A stretch of 64,000 nucleotides of DNA, from assembly GCF_001194135.2 (NCBI RefSeq), contig NC_068998.1, forward strand, positions 30,127,073 through 30,191,072, given 5' to 3'. A model generated the notes under the pieces. The model was not told the origin of the DNA. It was given only the letters and a program-made list of their open reading frames with translations, and did not search any database. The position numbers and the translations under genes are program-made. Of the stretch, positions 1 through 10,800 are shown piece after piece. The DNA comes from Octopus bimaculoides (taxonomy: Eukaryota). Position 1 is the first letter of the stretch. Each line of letters starts with the position of its first letter.

Positions 1-731
1 GAGAGCATAATCTGTGACCTCTGCCAGAAGTGTAGCCAGCTCACTTATTCGTATCTTTACTTCATTGGACACTAAAAACTCTGCTTTCAAAGACCTGTTG
101 AGACAAGTGAATTTGGAATTTGAAATTTGAAATCTGAAATCGTAATCGAACCGAACCCGACGACTGGCACCCATGCCAACCTCTCCTTCTTTGGACATTA
201 AACTCTGCTTGCTAAGACCTGTTGGGACAAGTGAAATCGAAATCGTAATTGAACCATACTCGTTGACTGGCACCTGCGCCAGTGGAGCGCTAAGAGCACC
301 GTCCAGGCATGATCATTACCAGAGCAGCTGTCTGGCTTCCGTGCTAGTAGCCCATAAATAGCACCATTTGAGTGTAATCGTTACCAGCATCGCCTTCTAG
401 CACTTGTGCTGGTGGCACGTTAGAAAATCATTCGAGCGAGGTCGTTGCCAGTGCCGCTGGACTGGCTCCCGTGCAGGTGGCATGTAAAAAACACCATTTT
501 GAGCGTGGCTGTTGCCAGTACCGTGTGACTGGCCCTCGTGCCGGTGGCACGTAAAAGTACCCACTACACTCTCGGATTGGTTGGTCTTAGGAAGGGCATC
601 CAGCTGTAGAAACTCTGCCAGATCAGATTGGGGCCTGGTGCAGCCGTCTGGCTTGCCAGTCCTCAGTCAAATCGTCCAACCCATGCTAGCATGGAAAGCG
701 GACGTTAAACAATGATGATGATGATGATGAT
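1..731 (+). mobile_element. RTE LINE 3' UTR with internal tandem modules and (GAT)n tail
   Basis: Repeated tgccrgtggcacgtaaaaagcacc units, terminal block ggaagggcatccagctgtagaaac...gcggacgttaaac and (GAT)n at about 713-731. The same 3' end follows RTE RT sequence at 17100-17575. Confidence 0.85.
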
Positions 732-1501
732 ACCAGAAATTAGGTTTCAGCCACTTTGTTATTTCAACAGTTGATGATGATTAAAAGAAATCCAGAAATG
801 ACATAGACAGTAGTTGAACTATTTTCAACCAGAGCAAAATGTAGTTGTTATTGGTTATGTCTAGATAAGAGAGATGAGTGATAGAAAAAGTGCAATGTAA
901 GTGCAATCACTGCTTTTTTGAAAGAAACTGGAGTACAGTAGCTAGTCTGCACAAGAGAGGTGGATTAATAATTGAGGATGGGAGATTTATGTCCTAAAGA
1001 CAAATAACATGACTTCTGTGTGAGAATAAAGTGGTGTATAGAGCTGACATTGGGCAACAATAAATGGATGTTTGTGTGTCAGAGAAAAAACTATCCAGTA
1101 TATAGGTCAGGTGGGGGGATATGCACAGTTGCAGTGTGTTGCTGTATTCACTATTTGTTGATATATTCCCAGGTCCTCTCAGGTAATCTGTAGAGCAGAG
1201 TCCCAGTCAGTCCCTATCCATTTCCATACCTTCTCATCTGTTGTGATCATGTGGCATGTGGTAAACCAACACAAGCCATCAACCCAGCTGGGTCCTCAGT
1301 GAAGCGAATACAGTAAGCAGGGTCTAGCTTGGAAAATCAAGCAACTGTCAGAGCTGGTACACTCGAATCATATGAGTAACCGGACACATCCAAGTTTCTG
1401 AGTAGAGTTCTTGGTTGGATGCAAAATCCAACCAATGGCAACCCATAATCCTGTGAGTATATATAGACTGCCGTTTATTTGGTATAAACTTTGTCATAAT
1501 A

Positions 1502-2011
1502 CTGTATTTTCTAGTCTATAAAACGCATCGGTATTTAAGTTGCAGGGCTGAATTTGGGGGAAAATTTTGGTTTTATCCACACATAAAGTGCACCGGTGTT
1601 TAAAAGACCTATAGAGCTATGGGCCTGCAGCTAGCCTTTTTGTTGTTGACGTATATGTAGTTTCAAAATGCCTTATTTTGCAACTATGAGATGTATTGTT
1701 ATTGTTATGATTTTATCTTACTATAATCAACAACAAATACATTTCGTCAATATAAAAGTCTTTATTAGATTAAAAGTAACATTATCAAAACACGAAGGTA
1801 AAACAAAACAAAAATGCTTTGTTTTCTTCCGGGCACCAATGTACTGTAGCAGAAGACTGATCTTTCCTCTGAAAAAATCGTTTGATCTCCATACACAAAT
1901 TATTTTCCTCTTGAAACTTATAAAAAATACACACATTAGATGCGCCCTTCTATAAGCCGCACACTTCATTCCCCAGGTAAAAAATAGGGGCTTATAACCT
2001 GGAAAATATGG
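1502..2011. mobile_element. Non-autonomous pogo/Tigger-like MITE
   Basis: Imperfect terminal inverted repeats ctgtattttctagtctataa / ttataacctggaaaatatgg, with TA on both sides (1500-1501, 2012-2013). Confidence 0.6.
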
Positions 2012-2084
2012 TATACAAACTAAAAACAAATAAAAAGAGAAAGAAAAGAATGTATGATTACAGAGAGGATTACAGCTCAACTAA

Positions 2085-3500
2085 TTAGGAAGACGGTTAA
2101 CCTAGATGAGATGCAGTTTTGTGCCTGAGAGAAGCACGACTGATGCTATATTCCTGGTAAGGCAGCTGCAGGAGAAGTATTTAGCCCAAAATAAACCTCT
2201 GTACTTGGTTTTTATTGACATGGAGAAAGCCTTCGACAGGGCTCTCTGCTCCCTTATCTGGTGGTCAATGTGGAAGCTAAGGATAGACAAGTGGTTAGTG
2301 AGAGCTGTACTAGCCATGTACAGGGATGTTTGCCAGTAAGGTGAAGGTTGGCAACAAGTATAGCAATGAATTCAGTGTACAGATAGGAGTTCACCAAGGA
2401 TCAGTTCTCAGCCTCCCCCGCTCTTGTTTATCATAGTACTCCAGGCCTTAACAGAGGGATTCAAGACTTGCTGCTTCTAGGAGCTCTTCTACGCTGATGA
2501 CTTTGTTCTTATAGCTAAATCACTACTTGACTGAGAGAAGAAATTTCAGGTATGGCAGCAAGGCCTTGAATCTAAGGGCCTTAGAGTTAGCTTAACAAAA
2601 ACCAAAGGCTAAGTAAGTTCCTTCAGGGAGATGGCTCTGCTTGATATGTAAGAAGGGTGTTGTTAGAAACTCCATATGTTGTTCCCAGTGCAAGTTTCAG
2701 ACACATAACGGGTATAGCGGTCTTACTGGAAGGTGCAGATACAATAAGCACTAAAAATGCCCAGACAATAGACTCTCTCAAATGCTTGGGGGTGGGGGTG
2801 GGGATGGTCAAGATAGCTTCTGTTACCTAGGTGACTAAGTTAGTAGTGAAAGTGTAGTTGCGAGAATTAGAACAGGCTGAAAAAAGTTCAGAGAACTTTT
2901 ACCTTCTAAGGGCCTCTCTCTCAGTGAAAGGCAGATTGTATGATACCTGTGCACATACATCTATGTTACATGACGCCGGATGGGTAATGCACACACGATA
3001 GAGTGTGAATGATTTTAGAAGAAAATTGGATAAAAGAGGCATCAGATGTTGTGTGCAAGAGAGAAGACTGTGCTGGGTTGGTCATGTGATGTGTATGGAT
3101 GAGGACAGCTGTGTAAAGAAATGCTGAGCTCTAACTGTGGTGGAAACCTGTGGAAGGGGTAGACCCAGGAAGATATGGGACAAAGTGGTGAGAAAGGATC
3201 TTCAGATGCTGGGCCTCACTGAGGAAATGACAAGGGACCAGGAGTTGTGGTGATTTATTGTGCCAAGCCAAGTAAAATTGTTGTCATCTATACATACAAG
3301 CTTATCTTTTACAGATGCTGATGTCACATAAAATGAACTCATGCCAGTGCTGCATAAACACACTCATGCCATCATGGCAGTGTGAAATGGAAAGCACCCA
3401 GCACATTCTGTAAAGTAGTTGGTGTTAGGAAAGGCATCCAGCCATAGAAACCATGCCACAACAGACAATTTGAAGTCTGGACAGCTCCCTGGCCTATGGG
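2085..3500 (+). mobile_element. Degenerate RTE LINE (RT to 3' end)
   Basis: Translates STTDAIFLVRQLQEKYLAQNKPLYLVFIDMEKAFDR; downstream ELFYADD-like and GRGRPRK motifs carry stops and frameshifts. Confidence 0.9.
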
Positions 3501-3967
3501 ACCTATTGTTAGTCAGTGATCCTGTAACAGGGATAGTTATGTAACTTGTATCAGTGGGAAGAAAACAATGGCTTGTAGCAAAGGCTGAACAATCTTTTCT
3601 AAAGTTAATTACTGAACTATACTGTATGAGCAGCACCTGCTGTCAGTTACACAAATTAATGCTAACATTAATCTCAACACATTAATCTCAGAACTGTTGC
3701 ATCAAAATAAATAAAAAGACAAAACTGATAAAAAAAAAACATGAAAATGTCCTATAGAAAATAGTCTTAAATGCAGTTTTAAGCAAATATTGGTAAGATG
3801 GTATAACTGCTTTTATAGTTGAATGCTCTTCCAACCATCAACTTTAAACAGCTTGGTAGGTAATTAATAATCTAGTAAGATGGAACATATCAGAAAATGA
3901 TAGATGCAGATGTGGAAAAATTGGAACACTGAAACATATTCTTTCCAAAGTTCACTGACATTAAATA

Positions 3968-4863
3968 CGAGGTCTGATCAATAAATATCTGCACTGTTAC
4001 CATAGTAATGAAGCTAAAGCATGCAAAGTGAAGCCATTTGACACAGATTGACCCTGACCCCTGCTGTGCATGTGCACTAAGTTTTAACATTCTAGCTCAC
4101 TTCCAAAGTAATGTGTGATCATCACATTGACTATAACAGAGAAAGTTGTCATGCTCAAAGGGCTATGCAAAGTTGCAGAAAGTGTATGAGCTGCACACAA
4201 GTGTACGAGTGGTTCAGATGTTTCCAAGATGACCAAAAAAATGTTGATAGTGATGAATGTTCTGGGAAACCTGCAACCAGCAGAGATAAGAAAAACATCA
4301 CAAATGTTTTTCTGTGTGCAGCTGTGAGGGGAAATCATCGAACCACCATCTGTGAGTTATCAGAGAATGTGCAGATTAGCTATGGTTCAGTTCAGTCCAT
4401 TATCACTGAAAACTTGGGTATGAGATGCATGTCTGCCAAGTTTGTGCCCAAACTGCTTTCAGTTGACCAAAAAGACACTTGGGTTTCAGTTGCACAAGAT
4501 CTCCTTGATTGTGTTGAGAATGATGAAAACTTTTTGGAAACTTTGTGTAGNNNNNNNNNNGTTGAGAATGATGAAAACTTTTTGGAAACTTTGTGTAGGC
4601 CTCTGAGCAGGTATCGCCAAGCTTTTGGCAAAATTTGATGCAGATTCTCTGCTCAACTGTTTCTGTTATGGTCAATGCAACAAACACATTTTACACACCT
4701 TCCTTCCAAGCACTACTGTAAACAGCAGAAGTGAGCTAGAATGTTAAAACTTAGTGTGCATGCACAGCAGCATTCAAGGTCAATGTGTGTCAAGCGGCTT
4801 CATTCTGCATGCTTTAGCTTCCTTACTATAGCAACAGTCCAGATACTTATTGATCAAACCACG
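3968..4863 (+). mobile_element. Non-autonomous mariner derivative with long inverted ends
   Basis: TA at 3966-67 and 4864-65; about 140-200 bp inverted terminal homology. Transposase N-terminal HTH remnant QVYEWFRCFQ...SAKFVPKLL on + and EQRICIKFCQKLG on -. Confidence 0.9.
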
Positions 4864-4884
4864 TACATATACATGGAGATACAA

Positions 4885-5560
4885 TTGAGTTCTTAAGGTC
4901 ATCTTCAATGCTATAAAGAACCAAATTATTCTCATCAACAGTGGCAAAAAAAACCCCACTGATAAAACCAACCAGCAATTTCATTACCTTCATGCCTTCA
5001 GGACAGCAGATCCATTTGGAGAAGAAGAAAGTTCCTGTGAGCAATGAAAAGTGGAACAGCTATTAGGAGGTAGCTGCAGATTTACCAGAGCGCCAAGGAT
5101 TTTTCCCATTCCAGTTACAAAGAAACCAGATATCATTTTATGATGTGAAAGAAAGAAAGTGGTAAAATCTAGTCAAGTTAACAGTTCCTTATGAAGATAA
5201 CATGGATAACACTTGGGCTTGAAAGACAGACTGTTATGAAAAATCTCCTTGAGGAATGTGAAGATGCAAGCTGGAAAGCGGAGCATTTTCCAATTGAAGT
5301 TAGATGTAGAGGAGTCGTTGGACACAGTGTGAGGTAACTATTGTTGTCACTTGGCCTAACTCATCATAAAGCAAATACCACCATGAGTGATATCCAGACT
5401 ACAGTGGAAGAGGCAAACCTCTGGGCTAGAAGCAATGACTAGAAGAACATTGAACGAAACCTAATAACCAGTTGATCTAGCAAGCAGGGCCTCATTTCAG
5501 TGATTGGGATGGTGGTGTGCAATGATGCTGTCAAGAGGAAGGCTCCGAAATGGCATGCAA
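4885..5560 (+). mobile_element. 3' fragment of an REL-endonuclease LINE, HERO/NeSL-like
   Basis: Degenerate translation with KPDII...LTVPYEDN...EECEDASWKAEHFPIEV.CRG, typical of the PD-(D/E)xK REL domain. Confidence 0.65.
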
Positions 5561-6512
5561 CTCTCTCCTGATGACCCCATAAATTTGCTAGCATCCAGTA
5601 TGTAGAGCTTTCAACTGCACTTACATCTGCAGGTAGGCATGCTTACTCCAAATTAAAATGAAAATTAAAAATGGGGATGAAATGTCTAAGGTATCCTAAA
5701 CAAAAGAACTGAAAATAAAGAAAAAAGAAAATATGGAAAATAAAAAAGTATTTTACCAAAAATAATTCTAAAATTAAAAAATATTTGTGAGCTGTATTTG
5801 TTGGGGAAGAAACTTGATCTAACTCGATCATTTATTAGAAGAGTTATTTTAGCCATTTAAGATTGCATAAAAACTGTTACATTCACATTTTGCTTATTTC
5901 TCAATAAGACAGTGTCAAAAAGCTTTGTTGCACTTCTATAAATAAAAACTACAACATGAAATAGAAATGAAAAGTATTGTGAAAAATGTGCTTTAAAAAA
6001 TATAGAAAAGTTATAATATAAATGAAAAGCGAAAATAACCATTAAGGAATAACAAAAAAAGACAATAAAAAATAATAATAAAAAAGACCATGTCCTTCAG
6101 AAATAGCAGATAGTAGAGTATTTAAAACTTTACCTTGTTTGCTTAGAGAGGATTCAACAGAAATGGTTCATATTATCACTTGGCAAAAGACCAGCTATTT
6201 AACTGAATGCACCAATAATAGTTCATTGTTAGGATGAAAAACAATGTCGAGCATATCAGAATTTGAAATCACTAAAAGTTTAACACTATGCTAGATGCTT
6301 TACAGATTTTACTTAAGTGTCTTTTATGTCAAAGCTCAAATTTTGCTTCTCACCATGACACGTTAAAATAAACCTTGGTAATATTTTAAGATCAATTTTT
6401 TTTTATCTTGCACTGTTGGGAACAGCAACAAGGACACTACCTCCATTGTCATCATTACATTCATCTTTCCAGCAACTCTAATCAAAGAAATGAAGGAAGA
6501 CTATAAACTTAC

Positions 6513-6601
6513 CCAAAGGACAATGTAAAACTGATAATCATTAAGGCAACCGAATTGTAGAGCAGGGGATTTTTGAAAAGACTTGTGGTATTTTTCATAG
6601 T
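6513..6601 (-). CDS. SV2: Internal exon (89 nt, phase 0 to 2) of the SV2-like gene
   Basis: Acceptor ttctctctatcctgcag; donor TTTGG|gtaagt. Translates TMKNTTSLFKNPLLYNSVALMIISFTLSF(G), equivalent to the SV2 helix ending FT.SF before YYGL. Confidence 0.9.
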
Positions 6602-6931
6602 CTGCAGGATAGAGAGAATACAGAAGATAAAACAGTTTAATAAACATTTTGTTTTTAAAAATTAATCACTACAGTAATTTAAAATTTCTAGATTTGTATG
6701 GTTTATCTTCAATGTATCTTATTCTAAATTATATTTTGCTCACTTCATTTTCTATATCTACATATAAACATATCCCTTGAGCATAGTAGTTATTAAAGTA
6801 TTAGAAATATAGGTGTGAGCTTAAACTCATACCTATACCTCTAATATTTTAATAACTGTTATGTCCCAGTCCTATATAACAGTTAGATTCTAGAGTATTT
6901 AAGTTCATTCCCACAACAGTGACTATACTGT

Positions 6932-7534
6932 TCTATATTTAAGAGATGAGGAATTATGTGCATTATTTACATTTGACGGATATTTGTCCTCATCTTGTTT
7001 GTTGTTAACACAACGTTTTGGCTGATATACCCTCCAGCCTTCATCAGGTGTCTTGGGGAAATTTCGAATCTGGGTTCTCATTCCTAAGGTATTTTTCGAT
7101 GTTATTATTATTACTATTATTATTAGTAAGTCACTGCCTGGACTTGAACTCGGAATCTTGTGTTTAGCAGCCTGCACTCTTAACCACTACACCATATGCC
7201 TGTGGGCAATGATGGAGTGAATTTTAGGGCTTATAAGTCTAATATTCTCCTATCCTTTCTTAATACCGGTTCACATATGCTATTCATATCTGCACTCAGT
7301 CTGCTTAGGAGATTGTTGTGTCCTAGCATATGTGCTGCTTCTTTTAGTTTTCATAAATTCCAGTGGTGTTCTCTGTCTATTATTTTAACTTCATCCGATA
7401 GGGGGAGATGGTCTCCATTTTCCCATACATGATCAGCTATACTCGATTTATCAATATCTCCTTGTGTCACAGCTTTGTGATGTTCCTCTACCCTTATTTT
7501 GAGGGGGCGGGTTGTGTGGTAGTTTACTGTACCT
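6932..7534 (-). mobile_element. Inverted pseudo-LTR of a Penelope-like element
   Basis: Reverse complement of about 13575-14150. Encodes the GIY-YIG C-terminus (RPLKIRVEEH...KSSIADHVW), then a tRNA-like block, (TAA)n and a hammerhead motif. Confidence 0.88.
7007..7052 (-). ncRNA. Minimal type I hammerhead ribozyme motif (PLE type), G12 mutated to A
   Basis: GACAC-CTGATGA-A-GGCTG(gagggtatat)CAGCC-AAAA-CGTT-GTGTT. Stem I GACAC/GTGTT, stem II GGCTG/CAGCC, palindromic AACGTT stem III. Confidence 0.75.
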
Positions 7535-7895
7535 GTTATTAAAGTATTAGAAATATAAGTGTGAACTTAAACTCATACCTATATGTACGGTCTTCCTAAC
7601 ATTCACAAGGATGATATTCCATTAAGACCTATAGTGAGCTGTAGAGGTTCAGCATGTCATTCACTGAGCAACTTCCTTGTGGATATAATCAATCCATTAG
7701 CAGGAAAGTCAACATCGTACGTGAAGAATTCCACCCACTTCACAGAATTGATCAAGGATACCCCCATTAAATCCAACCAGATGGTGAGTTTAGATGTGAT
7801 AAGTCTGTTCACCAAAGTCCCAACTGGTGAAGCACTATTGGTGATTCAAGAAAAACTAGTGACAGACACCCATCTAAAAGAACACACTAGTATAC

Positions 7896-10800
7896 TGATA
7901 TGCCTCAAGCTACTGCTATCTAGCACCTTTGGATGATCTCTACTCAACCGCTACACAACTGCTACTCGACTGCTACTCAACAGCTACTCGACTGCTACTC
8001 AACACTCCTACCATGGCCAGATTACCTCTATTTATATGTCTTGGAAGATCCTACTTCTTTGCCTGGGGGTGTCGACACAACACCTCCCCCTTTTGAGCTT
8101 TTTNNNNNNNNNNNNNNNNNNNNNNNNNNNNNNNNNNNNNNNNNNNNNNNNNNNNNNNNNNNNNNNNNNNNNNNNNNNNNNNNNNNNNNNNNNNNNNNNN
8201 NNNNNNNNNNNNNNNNNNNNNNNNNNNNNNNNNNNNNNNNNNNNNNNNNNNNNNNNNNNNNNNNNNNNNNNNNNNNNNNNNNNNNNNNNNNNNNNNNNNN
8301 NNNNNNNNNNNNNNNNTTGAAATATCTTTTTTTTAATTGGTTTAAATGCCTTCTGTGTTCATATTTCGGTCCTTTTACTGTGTACATCACATTACCCAGA
8401 TGTCCCATTATACTTCCTTGTTCCCAGTCCTGTTTTCCATTACTATATACTCTAAAATACAATTTGTCACCTGTGTTAAAAAATTTCGTTTTTCTTCCCA
8501 AATTTTCTATTTTCTGTTTCCTGCTCGGCAACCATTTGTCAAAAATAGAACGAATTTTTCTGGAAAACATCAAATCTGCGGGTGACCTACCTGACTCTGC
8601 ATTTGGATTCGGTGTTATTCTATACACCTGCAAAAATTTTGTCATATTTGTATCTTCAAAGGTTTCCCGTCTGGTCTTCCTTAAAGCTCTCTTGAATGTG
8701 TCGGCGAATCTTTCCACTAACCCATTTGATCTTGGGTGGTATGGCGGAGTTAACACATGCTTCATCTGAACCAACTTACAGAATTTTTTGAACTCCTTCG
8801 CTGTGAATTGTGTCCCATTATCTGACACAATCGTATCTGGCACTCCATACCGAGTGAACAGTTCTTCCAAGAACTCAATCGTCACACTTGAACATTTACA
8901 CACTTCAGGCCATTTGGAATAGCTATCCACCACAATGATATAATAGGAGCTATTTAGTGGTCCTGCGAAATCCACATGTAGTCTAGACCATGCCGAATCT
9001 GTTTTTGGCCAAGGCTGTATCTGCACTGGGGGCGCCCTTGCTGCCATCATGCATCCCATACACTGTTGTACCAGTCTCTCAATTTGCTTGTCCATATTTG
9101 GCCAATAAATGTAACTTCTCATAAGGCTCTTCATCCGGATTTCCCTGGACGTTCAACATGAAAATCTTTTAATACTCTGTTTTGCAGTACTTCAGGTATT
9201 ACCACTCTTTGCACGTATAATAATACCTCATTACATTCAGAAAAGCACTTTGAACCTATGTCCTGCTCATTTATATTTTTTGTGTTACATAACATATTTT
9301 TAATCTTATTTATAAACCTATCATTTTCCGATTTCAATTTAATTTCTTCCAGCGTTACCGACAAATCACATACTACATTGCACAAAATGTTCTTCAGTTC
9401 CTTTTCTAGTTTTAACGATGCAATCACCATGTCTTCAAAAGGTTCCTCATATTTTGGAATCAGCCTAGACAACCCGTCTGCGTGTCCCATTTTCACTGAT
9501 GGCAAAAGCTCCATCTGAAAATCGTAGTTCAACAGAGTAGTTCCCTAGCGCTATAAGCGGTTTGCTGAGTGCATGGGGATACCCTTTCTCGAACCGAAAA
9601 TAGACAATAATGGTCGGTGATCCGTTTGCAGTGTAAACTTCCTCCCATGTAAGAATTTATGGAATTATTTAACTGCAAAGATTAATGATAACGTCTCTTT
9701 TTCAATCTGGCTCTAGTTTCTTTCCGCTGGTAACAGAACTCTCGATGCATGTGCAATAGCTTTGATTTTACCATCATTAAATTTATGCAATATCACTGCT
9801 CCTATGCCATATTTACTGGCATCTGATGCCACAATTATTTTCAATTTGGGGTTGAAATGAGTTAATGATAACTCTAAAGTTAACCGCTTTTTTAGTTCCT
9901 CGAATGATTTCTGACATTCATTTGTCCAGCTCCATTTCGAGTCCTTCTTTAGTAATTTGTTCAACGGAGCTCTTAGCTCATGCATTTTAGGTATGTACAA
10001 CTGGTAATAACTTACCAAACCTAAAAATGCTTGTAGTGTTGTTTTGTTAGTGGGAGCAGGCACTTTTTTTATCGCGTCAATCCTAGAAAGGTCTGGTTTT
10101 CATCTGTTTTCATTGATCACCTATCCTAAGTACTTTATTTTAGTCAAAAAAAAATTCACATTTATCCTCCCTTACTTTAAATCCATAATCACTTATTCGT
10201 TTGAAAACCTCTTCTATATGTTCACTATGCTGGTCCCTTGATTCACTTTTAATCAATATGTCATCCAGGTATGGGACCGCAAACTCACAATCTGCTAGCA
10301 TAGTATCCATCACTTGCTGAAATATTGCTGGTGCGACCTTTACCCCAAATGGCAGTCTTTTGAAACAGTACAGACCTTTACGAGTATTAATTGTTAATAC
10401 TTTAGCACATTCTTCATCTACCTGTAATTGGAGGTAGGCCTCAGATAAATCCCACTTGGAAAAAATTTTCCCTCCATTGCACTTGGCAAATACTTCCTNN
10501 NNNNNNNNNNNNNNNNNNNNNNNNNNNNNNNNNNNNNNNNNNNNNNNNNNNNNNNNNNNNNNNNNNNNNNNNNNNNNNNNNNNNNNNNNNNNNNNNNNNN
10601 NNNNNNNNNNNNNNNNNNNNNNNNNNNNNNNNNNNNNNNNNNNNNNNNNNNNNNNNNNNNNNNNNNNNNNNNNNNNNNNNNNNNNNNNNNNNNNNNNNNN
10701 NNNNNNNNNNNNNNNNNNNNNNNNNNNNNNNNNNNNNNNNNNNNNNNNNNNNNNNNNNNNNNNNNNNNNNNNNNNNNNNNNNNNNNNNNNNNNNNNNNNN

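Noticed and set aside
4513-4598. 38-bp tandem duplication around a 10-N gap
   Set aside because: An identical sequence on both sides of a fixed-size gap is a typical unmerged contig overlap.
5540-5580. GAAA...CTGATGA motif at the end of the HERO-like fragment
   Set aside because: Core words are present but I could not form stems I-III around them.
7130-7195. A functional tRNA-Ser gene
   Set aside because: The acceptor and anticodon stems do not pair and there is no long variable arm; it is a tRNA-derived promoter-like sequence only.
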